Assembly: GCA_038087875.1 (NCBI GenBank)
Contig: CM075990.1
Location: forward strand, 3,970,001-4,034,000
Direction: 5' to 3'
DNA from: Malacoraja senta
Taxonomy: Eukaryota
DNA length: 64,000 bases
Made by a program: the position numbers and the translations under genes. Shown here in pieces: positions 1-13,014 of the stretch (its first letter is position 1; each line of letters begins with the position of its first letter). Under the pieces are notes generated by a model. That model was given only the letters and a program-made list of their open reading frames with translations, made no database searches and was not told the origin of the DNA.

Positions 1-506
1 CAGGGAGGAAGGGCGGGAAGAACAAAAAGGGGGGATTATTAGTAAATTAGTTACCTGAAATTGGAGAGTTAGACAATAAAACCATAAGACAGTGGAGAGG
101 AATTAGGCCATTCGGCCCATCAAGTCTATTCTGCCATTTGATCTATTTTTTTCCTCTCAACCCCATTCACCTGCCATCTCCAGATAACTTTTGATGGCGT
201 TACTAATCAAGAACCTATCTATCTCCACTTTAAAAATACCCAATGTCTTGGCCTCCACAGCCGTCTGTGGCAATGAATTCCACAGATTCACCACCCTCTG
301 GCTAAAAAGAAATTCCTCCTCCTCTCCTTTCCAAAAATAGGTCCTTTTATTCTGAGGCTGTTCCCTCTGGTCCTCGATTCCCCCACTAGTGGAAACATCC
401 TCTCCACATCCACTCTATCCAGGCTTTTCATTGTCTGGTAGTTTGCAATGAGACCGCCCCCCCCTCCCCATTGCTAATGGTCTGGCGGGTGTTTTCCCGG
501 CTGCAG

Positions 507-619
507 GTTTTGACTACAAGACCTGCAACGTGCTGGTTGCATTGGAGCAGCAGTCGCCAGACATCGCGCAGGGAGTGCATCTGGACCGGGACGAAGAGGA
601 CATTGGTGCTGGAGACCAG
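507..619 (+). CDS. MAT1A: S-adenosylmethionine synthase exon ([38 protein letters not shown])
   Basis: ctgcag| acceptor, |gtcagt donor, 113 nt; GAGDQ signature. Confidence 0.95.
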
Positions 620-829
620 GTCAGTCAAGCATCAAGCAGCCCCAATGCTCAGCACTTGTCACAGGTGGACAACCCAAGGGGAAATATCTGGCTCCCATAT
701 TGACCGACATCAATGACACCATGCTCACTATGTCACTCCACATTGGGCACTTCACTGCCACCAGTCAGTGGGCACCGGGCATTTCACTGCCCCATGGTCA
801 GTCTGTACTGGGTGCTTCACTGCCCCAAT

Positions 830-1060
830 CCAGAACTGAAGATGTCCCGGTTGGGTTGCTCCTGGGCCTGGCCAAGCTGGCCATCTGTGAGACACACAGC
901 GCCAGGTGGAGGAGGGCTCCGCCCGAGCCGGCTGCCTGCCCCTTTCCCGGAGATACGTCCACTCCCGGGTGGTACTAGGGAGGGACTCCACGCTGTCCGT
1001 GGACACACTGGGGGATTTCCGGGGCCGCTGGGCACCGCAGGGGGTGGAATGCGTTCTTAA
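830..1060 (+). mobile_element. L1/Tx1-like LINE ORF2 3' fragment
   Basis: Pieces DVPVGLLLGLAKLAI and ...FRGRWAPQGVECVL resemble Tx1-clade ORF2 C-termini. Confidence 0.6.
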
Positions 1061-2010
1061 TAAGGTGCTATCGCCCAACTTGTACATGCCAGCTAAGATG
1101 CCCCACCTACACTAATCCCACCTGCCCACATTTGGCCCACATCCCTCTAAACTTATCCTATCCATGTACCTGTCCAAATGCCTTTTAAATGTTGTCATAG
1201 TACCTGCCTCAACTACCTCCTCTGGCAGTTCGTTCCATAAACTCACCACCCTCTGTGTGGAAAATGTTGCCCCTTAGGTTCATAGTAAATCTTTCCCCTC
1301 TCACTTTAAGCCCATGTCCTCTGGTTCTTGAATCCCCTCCTCTAAAAGACTCTGTGCATTTACCCTATGTATCCCCATTCCCCCCCCCCCCCAATGATAT
1401 TATACACCTTTATAAGATCATCCCTCATCCTGCACGCCAAGGAATAAAGTCCTAGCCTGCTCAACCTCTTCATAACTTAGGCACTGAAGTCCTGGCAACA
1501 ATGTTATAAATCTTCTCTACACCCTTTGCAGCTTAACAATATCCTTGCTAAGCAAGGTGACCAAAACTGAACACAATGCTCTCAATGTGGCCTGATCAGG
1601 GCAGCACAGTGCCGCAGCGTTAGAGTTGCTGCCTCACAGCGCTGTCGATCCTCACCACGGGTGCTGTCTGTATGGAGTTTCTACATTCTCCTTGTGACCG
1701 CGTGGGTTTTCTCTGGGTGCCCCGGTTTCACCCCACACGCCAAAGACATGCGAGCTTGTAGCTTAATTGGCTTCGGCAAAACTGTAAATTGTCCCTGGGG
1801 TGTTGGATAGTGCTCATGTACGGGGTGATCGCTGGTCGTTGCCGACTCGGTGGGCGGAAGGGTCTGTTGCCGCGCTGTTATCTCCAAAGCAAAGTAAAAG
1901 TACCAATGTTTAGTACAACTGTAACATGACCTCCCAACTTCTATACTCACTACTCTCCCGATAGCTGAGGCCCTGTTTTGTTTGGTGACGGTATCTGCCC
2001 CCTTTGCCAG

Positions 2011-2154
2011 GGCCTGATGTTTGGCTATGCCACAGATGAGACGGAGGAGTGCATGCCGCTGACCATCATGCTAGCCCACCAGCTCAACGCCCGCATGGCT
2101 GAGTTACGGCGAGACCACACACTGCCCTGGCTCAGACCTGACTCCAAGACCCAG
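2011..2154 (+). CDS. MAT1A: S-adenosylmethionine synthase exon ([48 protein letters not shown])
   Basis: tgccag| ... |gtgcgt, 144 nt, phase 0. Confidence 0.96.
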
Positions 2155-2210
2155 GTGCGTTGGACCCCGTGCTGGGTTGCTGAAGGTTGTGGGGAGGATT
2201 GGAGCGGTTA

Positions 2211-2652
2211 AGGGCCTGTCCCACTTACGCGACCTTGGCTCGCAAATTACGCGACCTCGTGGTTGCTTGAGGCGAACGGGCACAGTATGGCCACGCGGGG
2301 CCGGTCCCACTTAGAAGCGCGGAGTTGTGCGGGCTGGTCCCGACGTAGCGAGGGGCTCCGAAATTCCTGCAGTGACCTAAATCTTCGCGCGCCAACAGCC
2401 TGTCGGCCCACATATGCACGCAGGCGCATTGCGGTCATACGCAGCGTCTTGACGGCGTACGCCTAGCACGTGGCGTTGCATGATGACGTCACCGCCCAAC
2501 GCCCAAATTCAGTCAGCCCGCCTCCTGCCCAGCTGATTTGTAAGCATGACATAAATGACGTCACGCGCGAATTTAGCACGAACTTAGCGTGACCTCCGCT
2601 TCCGGTTGGTCGCGCCAAACGCACGCAATCGCATGCAAGTGGGACAGGCCCT
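2211..2652. mobile_element. PIF/Harbinger-type MITE
   Basis: TIR AGGGCCTGTCCCACTT / AAGTGGGACAGGCCCT, TTA target-site duplication on both sides. Confidence 0.85.
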
Positions 2653-3047
2653 TTATAATCTGAGTGGTTACGGTAGGAGGTGGGGCAGTCTCGGGACTCA
2701 ACGGTTTAATGCAGCTTCATTTGCCACACGTTAAATTCCTTTTGCATATATTACACATGCGGGCGCCGCCATTTTTGGCGCCATTATTCAGCGTCGAAAA
2801 GTCCACTCGATGTACTGAAGCAGTTCCCGCCATCGTCGTCCCTCTCCTCTCCTCTCCTCTCCTCGCCGTCTTCGTGTCCCCGGTTCACCCCAATTCCCAG
2901 CCCCTTGCTCCTCGCGTCTACGCTCGTCACCAGCTCCAGACCGGTTACGCCATCCGACGAGTCTTCGGGTGGGGCCCGACAAGCCTTCGGGTGGGTCCGT
3001 CGGGAAGGCCGGGGACTGATTGAGCCACCAGCCCGCTCCCTCCGCAG

Positions 3048-3266
3048 GTGACGGTGCAGTACAGCCAGGAGAACGGCATGGTTATCCCCGTCCGCGTGCA
3101 CACCATCGTCATCTCGGTGCAGCACGACGAAGACATCGGCCTGCAGGAGATGCGCAAGACCCTGAAGGAGAAGGTCATCGACGTGGTGGTGCCCAAGAAG
3201 TACCTGGACGACAACACCATCTACCACCTGCAGCCCAGCGGGAGGTTCGTCATCGGAGGTCCACAG
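3048..3266 (+). CDS. MAT1A: S-adenosylmethionine synthase exon ([10 protein letters not shown]...[15 protein letters not shown])
   Basis: ccgcag| ... |gtcagt, 219 nt; lies in ORF 3048..3383. Confidence 0.96.
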
Positions 3267-3725
3267 GTCAGTGGCCAGGACCTTGACCAACGGGCAGCAA
3301 CTCTACCACTATGCCACCTTTCACAGATTCCACAGAACCACCACCTTCATGACCAAAGAAATTCCCCCTCATCTCGATTCTAACGGTGGCGCAGTGGTAG
3401 AGTTGCTGCCTCACGGAGCCAAAGACCCTTGTTCAATCCTGACTAAGGCTGCTTGCCTGTACGGAGTTTGGACGTTCTCCCCGTGGCCCCGTGAGTGTTC
3501 CCCGGGCGCTCCGTTTACCCCCCACACTCCAAAGACATGCAGGTTTGTAGGTTAATTGGCTTTGATAATAATTGTAAATTGTCCTTGGTGTGTGGGATAG
3601 TTCTTAGTGTATGTGGTGATCGTTGGTCAGCGTGGACTCGGGGGGGCCGAAGGGCCTGTTTCCTCTCTCCAGACCTTTCACTATTCAGTAAGTTTCATAG
3701 AGAGGCAAGTTCCACAGATTCACCA

Positions 3726-3925
3726 NNNNNNNNNNNNNNNNNNNNNNNNNNNNNNNNNNNNNNNNNNNNNNNNNNNNNNNNNNNNNNNNNNNNNNNNNNN
3801 NNNNNNNNNNNNNNNNNNNNNNNNNNNNNNNNNNNNNNNNNNNNNNNNNNNNNNNNNNNNNNNNNNNNNNNNNNNNNNNNNNNNNNNNNNNNNNNNNNNN
3901 NNNNNNNNNNNNNNNNNNNNNNNNN
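3726..3925. other. Assembly gap (200 N)
   Basis: Run of exactly 200 N. Confidence 0.99.
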
Positions 3926-4797
3926 AAGGGCCTGTTTCCGCGCTGCATCTCTAAACTAAACTCCATACCATCAAGGTCACACAGTGTAGACCGCCGGGTT
4001 CAATACGGCTCTAAGCCGACTCTGCATTTAACGGCAGAATTCCCCAGTTTTATCGAGACAGAGTAGAGCTTCAATTTCACCAATGCAGCCAGCATCGCCA
4101 CTGCATTAGGCAGCCATGCCTTAACGTCAATACAGCCACTGCTGGGTGCTGCATTCTTTGGAAAGGAATTCAGGCTGGTTTGAATATGGAGATTAAAGTC
4201 TGCTGATAGGCACAAAAAGCTGGAGTAACTCAGCGGGACAGGCAGCGTCTCAGGAGAGAAGGAATGGGTGACATTTTTCTGGTCGAGACCCTTCAGGGTT
4301 CCCACTCAAGCAACTCCACCTGGCCCATTTTGGTGGTGCCCCTCCATGTTCAGTTTAGTTTATTGTCACGTGTACCGAGGTACAGTGAAAAGCTTTTGTT
4401 GCGTGCTAACCAGTCAGCGGAAAGACAATACATGATTACAATCGAGCCGTCCACAGTGTACAGATCCATGATAAGGGAATAACATTTAGTGCAAGAATAG
4501 TCCGAGGTTCACCAATGAGGTAGATAGTAGTTTAGGACTGCTCGCTAGTTGTGGTAGGATGATTCAGTTGCCAGATTTTGATTTGCCACCAAGTTTAGTC
4601 CCAGTATTCTGACCTGTGAGTGAATATTGTGAGCAACGCGTCTCAGTCAATGATAAACCTGCGTGACTGAGCACAAACACACCTCCGAGAGGTCATAAGG
4701 TCATAAATGATAGGAGCACAATTAGGCCATTCGGCCCATCAAGGCTACTCCTCAAGTCTTCGGTCTAAACTTGTATCTGCAGTTCCTCCCCAACACA

Positions 4798-5112
4798 GCG
4801 AGTGAGAGTGATTGTGGACAGTGGTGATTTCAGGAGTGAGTGAGTGAGCGATTTTGGGCAGTGGATATTTCAGGAGTGACCGTGGTATGAGTGAGTGAGT
4901 GAGTGACTGAGTGAGTGAGTGACTGACTGACTGACTGTGGGCAGTGGTGATTTCAGGAGTGACCCGTGAGTGAGTGATTGTGGGCAGCGGTGATTTCAGG
5001 AGTGACCCGTGAGTGAGTGAGTGATTGTGGGCAGCGGTGATTTCAGGAGTGACCATGATGTGAGTGAGTGAGTGAGGTCGTGATTTTGGGAGTGAGTGAT
5101 CAGGGAGTGACA
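4798..5112. repeat. Compound minisatellite: GATTGTGGGCAGTGGTGATTTCAGGAGTGA cores separated by (GAGT)n
   Basis: Five recognisable cores with variable tetranucleotide spacers. Confidence 0.85.
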
Positions 5113-5249
5113 GAGTGATGGTGGTCGGCAGTGATGTTGGGACTCTGTGCTTGACCCCTCCTATACACAAGACATGCCTCCTGCCGCTGTAGAACGGGCC
5201 ATGCCACGACACCACTCTCTGACCACGCTCTCCCCGCTCTGATCTCCAG

Positions 5250-5383
5250 GTTGCCTACGCCATTGGAGTTGCCGAGCCCCTCTCCATCTCCATCTTTTCC
5301 TACGGAACGTCCCAGATGGGCGACCGGGCTCTGATGGACATTGTGAGGAAGAACTTTGACCTTCGACCCGGAGTGATTGTCAG
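5250..5383 (+). CDS. MAT1A: S-adenosylmethionine synthase penultimate exon ([45 protein letters not shown])
   Basis: ctccag| ... AG|gtaaag, 134 nt; hand translation. Confidence 0.95.
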
Positions 5384-6859
5384 GTAAAGTGAACTCGTTT
5401 CGAAGAAGGGTCTCGACCGGAAAGGTCGCCTACTCTTCTCCTCCAGAGATGCTGCCTGACCTGCTGGGTATTCTTTACTTTAGACTTTAGAGATACAGTG
5501 CGGAAACAGGCCCTTGGGCCCACCGAGTCCACTGCGACCAGTGATCACACTAACACCATCCTACACACACAAGGGACATTTTTCCAATTTTTTATCGAAG
5601 ACAATTAACCTACAAACCCGCACGTCTTTGGAATGAGGGTGGTAACCGAAGCACCCGGAGAAAACCCACGTGGTCACAGGGAGAACGTACAAACACTGTA
5701 CAGACAGCACCCATAGTCGGGATCGAACTCGGGTCTCTGGCGATGTGAGGCAGCAATTCTATGGCAACAGCTTACATTTATTCCAGCACTTTGTGTCCTT
5801 TTTGTTTCATTGGGTTGGTTGGGGTTGGCACAGGTTCCCCTGACCCATGCTTGGGGTGAACGTTGCCATCATTTGATGGTCCACTGGGAAGCGTATGCAA
5901 GCTGGCACATTCACTGCCAGGGCAACTCACGGCCATGCAAAACCAGCCAGACAAGTAAAGGTTCACTCCCGGTTTAATGCGGGAACCATGTTCGAGTACA
6001 GTCACCTCTGACAACCAGCAAACCTGGAGACCACACCTCCAAGGAAAGGACACAGAGTGCTGGAGTAACTTTGTCAGAGGGTGGTGAACCTGTGGCATTC
6101 TTTGCCACAGAAAGAGGTGGAGGCCAAGTCAGTGGATATTTTTAAGGCAGAGATAGATAGATTCTTGATTAGTGCGGGTGTCAGGGGTTGTGGGGAGAAG
6201 GCAGGAGAATGGGGTTAGGAGGGAGAGATAGATCAGCCATGATTGAATGGGGGAGTAGACTTGATGGGCCGAATGGTCTAGTTCTACTCCTATCACCTAT
6301 GACATAACTCAGCGGATGGGGTAATTTTAAAGCAGGGATTGACAGACACCTAATTGGTAAGGGTAGTCAAGGGTTAATGGGAGGAGTCAGGAAAAAGGGG
6401 TTGAGAAGGAAAGATCGATCAGCCATGAATGAATGATGGATCAGCCATGTGACAAGTTACAGTGACATTTTTTGTTTTGCATGCCCAAGGTATGCAAATA
6501 GTGGCCACATGAAGGGCACTGAGAAATCCCAATTTTAAACAAACTTTTTTTAACACATTCCACTTTGGTCCCCCCCTCGATTTCGGTGGTCCCCCCCACG
6601 CTGGGTCCCCCTCTCTTCTCCCTCACGAATAGCGGAGTACACTCGATGGGCTCATGGGATACCATAGAACAAGTGTGAACGGGTGATGGACTTGGTCGGC
6701 ATGGACTTGGTGGGCCGAAGGGCCTGTTTCCATGGTGTATCTCTGAACTGAACCTCTGCTCCTATGACTTATGAACGTGATCAGGCTGCTTCCCTGGAGA
6801 ACGTGGATGGGTGACGTTTTGGGTTGGGACCTTTCTTCGGACTTCTTTGGAATGAAATA

Positions 6860-8476
6860 CAGTGGCTTGCAAAAGTTTTCATACCCCTTGAACTTTGCCA
6901 CATTTTGTCACGTTACAACCACAAACGTAAATGTATTTTATTGGGATTTTATGTGATAGACCAACACAAAGTGGTGCATAATTGTGAAGTGGAAGGAAAA
7001 TGATACATGGTTTTCAAATTTTTTTACAAATAAAAAACTGAAAAGTGTCGCGTGCAAAAGTATTCAGCCCCCCTGAGTCAATACTTTGTAGAACCACCTT
7101 TTGCTGCAATTACAGCTGCAAGTCTTTTGGGGTATGTCTCTACCGACTTTGCACATCTAGAGACTGAAATTTTTGCCCATTCTTCTTTGCAAAATAGCTC
7201 AAGCTCAGTCAGATTGGATGGAGAGCGTCTGTGAACAGCAATTTTCAAGTCTTGCCAGAGATTCTCAATTGGATTTAGGTCTGGACTTTGACTGGGCCAT
7301 TCTAACACATGAACATGCTTTGATCTAAACCATTCCATTGTAGCCCTGGCTGTATGTTTAGGGTCGTTGTCCTGCTGGAAGGTGAACCTCCGCCACAGTC
7401 TCAAGTCTTTTGCAGACTCTAACAGGTTTTCTTCCAAGATTGCCCTGTATTTGGCTCCATCCATCTTCCCATCAACTCTGACCAGCTTCCCTGTTCCTGC
7501 TGAAGAAAAGCATCCCCACAGCATGATGCTGCCACCACCATGTTTCACAGTGGGGATAGTGTGTTCAGGGTGATGTGCAGTGTTAGGTTTCCGCCACACA
7601 TAGCGTTTTGCATTTAGGCCAAATACTTCAATTTTGGTCTCATCTGACCAGAGCACCTTCCTCCACATGTTTGCTGTGTCCCCCACATGGCTTGTGGCAA
7701 ACTGCAAACGGGACTTCTTATGGCTTTTTTTCAACAATGGCTTTCTTCTTGCCACTCTTCCATAAAGGGCCGATTTGTGGAGTGCACGACTAATAGTTGT
7801 CCTGTAGACAGATTCTCCCACCTGAGCTGTGGATCTCTGTAGCTCCTCCAGAGTTACCATGGGCCTCTTGGCTGCTTCTCTGATCAATGCTCTCCTTGCC
7901 CGGCCTGGCAGTTTAGGTGGACGGCCATGTCTTGGTAGGTTTGAAGTTGTGCCATACTCTTTCTATTTTCGGATGATGGATTGAACAGTGCTCCGTGAGA
8001 TGTTCAAAGCTTGGGATATTTGTTTATAACCTAACCCTGCTTTAAACTTCTCCACAACTTTATCCCTGGCTTGTCTGGTGTGTTCCTTGGGCTTCATGAT
8101 GCTGTTTGTTCACTAATGTTCTCTAACAAACCTCTGAGGCCTTCACGGAACAGCGTTTTTTATACTGAGATTAGATTACACACAAGTGGACTCTATTTAC
8201 TAATTAGGTGACTTCTGAAGGCAATTGGTTGCACTGGATTTTATTTAGGGGTATCAGAGTAAAGGGGGCTGAATACTTTTGCACGCGACACTTTTCAGTT
8301 TTTTATTTGTAAAAAAATTTGAAAACCATGTATCATTTTCCTTCCACTTCACAATTATGCGCCACTTTGTGTTGGTCTATCACATAAAATCCCAATAAAA
8401 TACATTTACGTTTGTGGTTGTAACGTGACAAAATGTGGAAAAGTTCAAGGGGTATGAATACTTTTGCAAGCCACTG
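6860..8476 (-). mobile_element. Tc1/mariner DNA transposon, Passport-like, full length (1617 bp)
   Basis: TA flanks (6858-6859, 8477-8478); about 213-bp TIRs starting CAGTGGCTTGCAAAAG with inner direct repeats (IR/DR); transposase inside. Confidence 0.95.
7078..8097 (-). pseudogene. Tc1 DD34E transposase, 339 codons, one nonsense codon (codon 45, TAG at 7963-7965)
   Basis: MKPKEHTRQARDKVVEKFKAGLGY...; WSDETK, QQDNDPKH, SPDLNPIE with 34 residues between D and E; no frameshift. Confidence 0.9.
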
Positions 8477-9369
8477 TACATGTGTCACATTTGACAAGGC
8501 ACAGTGAAATTCTTTGCTTGCACACCCAAAGTATACAAATAGTCACCATATAAAGGGCACTGACAAAATTACAAAGTACCCCCGCCAGCTCCTTTGTTCT
8601 CCCCCCCACTCCCTCCCTCCCGGCAGTCCCACCACACCGGGTTGTTCATTGTTCTTCCTTCTCTCTCACGGTGGTCCCCCCATTCTGGTGTTTGGGGAGT
8701 TTTAAGCGGGGGGGGGGGGGCGGATAAACATGAATCCCCCACCTCCTTAGACAGCCTCACCCAGTCCAGAAGCATCATTCCCATTATTCCTATCTAAAAA
8801 AATTGATGTCAGGGGTTATGGAGATAAAGCAGGGGAATGGGGTTAGGAGGGAGAGATGGATCAGCCATGATTGAGTGGCGGAGTAGACTTGATGGGCCGA
8901 ATGGCCCAATTCTACCCCTATCACATGAACATTTCTATAGTAGTCAAAAAAGGACAAAGCTCTTAGTTCTTTCACTGGCCCAGTAACCTTTCCTTCATAT
9001 TCTGTTGGTGGAGTAGCCTTTGTACAGACGTTACACATGACTGAACAAAAGCCACTCTCTCTCTCTGATATTTATCTTTCTTTGTTGTTCTTTCCCTATT
9101 ATTCCCCAGGACTCTGTCCTGAAACATCAGTCAATTGCTGCAGGCACTCGGACAATTCTGGAGAGTTTTCAACCCCGTGAATAAACAGAAAGCGTCTGGA
9201 GTAGGAAGCCCCTTTCATTCCTGCCCACAGTATTTTCAAGTAGCAATCCCTGTACAAACTCTCAATTGTTTCTCAGCAGTGCCCCGGAGAATAGAATCCA
9301 GTGTGTTATGTCATATCCTGCTCCCAGCCAGGGCCTTATCGAGCTTGTTTTACACGAATACCGACTGCA

Positions 9370-10060
<691 letters not shown>

Positions 10061-12295
10061 ATGACACGGTATATCAAAGTCGTGAGCGGTTTAGTTTGGA
10101 GATACAGCATTACAAACAGGATGCAGCATTACAAACATGCACCGTCCATGCCGGCCAACAATCGCCCATTCACCAAGTACCTGTCCTTTTTCACCATTGA
10201 TGCTGCCTGACCCGCTGAGTTACTCCAGCACTTTTTGTCTACCCATTCACACTATTTCTATGTTGTCCCAATTTCATATGATACACACTAGGGGAAAATT
10301 ACCAGAAGCCAATTAACCTGCTAAACCCGTGCATCTTTGGAATGTGGGAGGAAACCAGAGCACCTGGAGGAAACCCACACGGTCACGGGGAGTTTGTGCA
10401 GACAGCGCCCGTAGTCGGGATCGAACCCGGATCTCTGGCGCTGTAAGGCAGAAGCTCTACCGCTGCGCCACCCTAAAGTAGAGTAGACCCTAGCAGAGAG
10501 AGGACAAAGGAGTCAGGAATAAGTTACAACTCAAAAACTATTAAAGGTTTGTGGTCAAGTTTAACAGGTCACATGGTCATGATGCAAAAACAAAACGCAG
10601 GCAGAGAAATCAAAGTCAGGATCAGGAGGTCAAAAACCCACAAGAAAAGGTAAATGGTGTACGAGACTCAGAAAAAGCAAATTCCAGACAGCAGAGACGA
10701 GAACAAATATCAGAGCTTAAATAGGGAACCCAATAGGTAACTCAAATGATAATGAATTAAAGTCATGCCTCCAGTTATGTTCCCTCCATGAAGTAAAGAA
10801 TGGGGCTGCTTCTCTGCAGGGTGATGGTCTGGTCTCGGAGAGGGATACACCATGTTGGAATTTGCAGTGTGTACATAAATTGGTGGGCAGTTAAGAAAGG
10901 GGGAACTTGAAGAGTTGTTTAGATTATCAATAAGATGGCAGGTCACCTGTGAGGTGATACGTTTATCAAAAGGACGTGGCCATTCAATATTAAAGGTTAA
11001 AAGGATGCTAAGGATATGTCCATAGAACATCCCTCTTCAACAGTTGTTGTAGATAACCGGAGCAGAAATAGGCCATTCGGCCCATCAAGTCTACTCCGTC
11101 ATTCAATCTTGGCTGACCTATCTTTCGCTCCCAACCCCATTCTCCTGCCTTCTCCCCAGAATCCCTGACACCTGTACTAATCAAGAATCTATCTATCTCT
11201 GCCTTAAAAATATCCATTCACTTGGCCTCCACAGCTTTCTGTGGCGAAGAATTCCACAGATCTGACCAAAGAAATTCCTCCTCATCTCCTTTCTAAAGGA
11301 ACATCCTTTAATGCTGAGGCAATGACCTCTGGCCCTAGACTCTCCCACTAGTGGAAACATCCTCTCCACATCCACTCTATCCAAGCCTTTCACCATTCAG
11401 TAATTTTCATTGAGATCAGCATCGTGTTCAATGTGGAACAAGCTTCAGTCTACCCCTCGACAGTAGAGGGAGTTGTAACGTTTGATAGCCACTGTGAAGA
11501 AGGATCTCCTGTGGCGTTCTGTGCTGCATCTTGGTGGAACCAGTCTACTGCTGAAGGTGCTCCTCAGGTTGACCAGTGTGTCAAGGGTTAGAAAACTGAC
11601 ATATAAAGAGAGACTGGCAGGACTTGGACCCTGACCCTCGACCATGGGAAATGATCTGGTGAAACATGGATGCTTTAAGAACTCCGCTTCCCTTTATCAT
11701 ATATCTGTACACTGTAAATGGCTTTATTGGAATCATGTATTGCCTTTCCGCTGACTGGTTAGCACGCAACAAAATCTATTCACTGTACACGTGACAATAA
11801 ACTAAACTAAAACTGCATTAAGAAAGTAGCAAAGGCATGGGCCAAATGAGCTGAACACAAACATAGAACATGGAACATAGAACAGTCCACACAAGAACAG
11901 GCCCTTCGGCCCACCATGTCTATGCCGACCATGATGCCAAGACCATCTCTCATCTCCCTGCACATAATCCAGATCCCTCCATGTGTCCACGTGCCTATAC
12001 AAAGGCCTCTAAATGCCACTTCGTTTCAGCTTCAACCACCAACCCTTGCAGTGTGTTCCAGGCACTCACCACTCTGTGTAACAAAGGTTACCCCACACAT
12101 CTCCTTTTGCCCCTCTCACCTTAAAGGTACGCCCTCTGGTGTTGGGAATTAGAGTTGCTTGTGCCAACAAAGTTAGAACTGACATCAGGAAACTCCATGA
12201 TCACAGCTAGGAATGGGTTTGCAATCAGAGAACCAGATAGGAAACCTTCAATCCTCGTTGGTGGAGGATTAAGATAGTTTGGTTACTTGTCCTCA

Positions 12296-12826
12296 CTTCT
12301 GTCTCTCTGTCTCTCTCTGTCTATTTCCCTCCCCCTCTTTCCTCTCTTCTTCCCCTTCCCCCTCCCCCTCTCCCCTCTCTTTCTCTCCCTTTCTTCCCCC
12401 TCTCTCTCTCTCTTTCTCTCCCTGTTCTTTCTCTCACTTTCTCTCCCTCTCTCTCTCCTTCCCCCTCTCTCCTTCCCCCTCTCTCCCCCACCCACCCCCT
12501 CTCTCTCCCCCCTCTCCCAGTCTCTCCCTCCCCCTATCCCCCTCTCCCTCTCCCCCACCCCCTCCCACTCTCTCCCCATCCCCCCTCTCCCTTTCAGTCT
12601 CTCTCCCCCTCCCCTCCACTCTCTCCCCTCACTCCCTCCCCCTCTCTCCCCCTCCCCCTCTCTCCCCATCCCACTCTCATCCTCTCCCCCACCCCCTCAC
12701 CCTCTCTCCCTTTCAGTCTCTCCCCCTGCCCTCCTCTCTCTCCCCTCTCTCCCTCTCCTCTCACTCCCTCCCAGTCTCTCCCTCGCAGCCTCTCCCTCCC
12801 CCCTCTCTTCCTCTCCCCCTCCCCTC

Positions 12827-12857
<31 letters not shown>

Positions 12858-12858
12858 A
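12296..12858. repeat. CT-rich low-complexity polypyrimidine tract
   Basis: About 560 nt of almost pure C/T. Confidence 0.95.
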
Positions 12859-12911
12859 TCCACTGTTCAACCGAGCCACCCTGTGACAGTGAAACATGTT
12901 TCCTCTTGCAG

Positions 12912-13014
12912 GGACTTGAACTTGAAGAAAGCAATGTACCAAAAGACTGCCTGCTACGGCCACTTTGGCAGGAGTGAGTTCCCGTGGGAGGTGCCCAAGA
13001 AGTTGAGCTTCTAA
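12912..13014 (+). CDS. MAT1A: S-adenosylmethionine synthase last coding exon (DLNLKKAMYQKTACYGHFGRSEFPWEVPKKLSF*)
   Basis: ttgcag| acceptor, phase 2, TAA at 13012-13014. Confidence 0.95.

Noticed and set aside
2784..3290. 168-aa minus-strand ORF
   Set aside because: Antisense shadow of the GC-rich MAT1A exon 3048-3266.
10490..10780. Purine-rich stretch resembling a solo LTR
   Set aside because: No clear TG...CA termini or target-site duplication identified.
12279..12977. 232-aa Pro/Ser/Leu-rich ORF
   Set aside because: Low-complexity CT tract; the true exon starts at 12912 in another frame.
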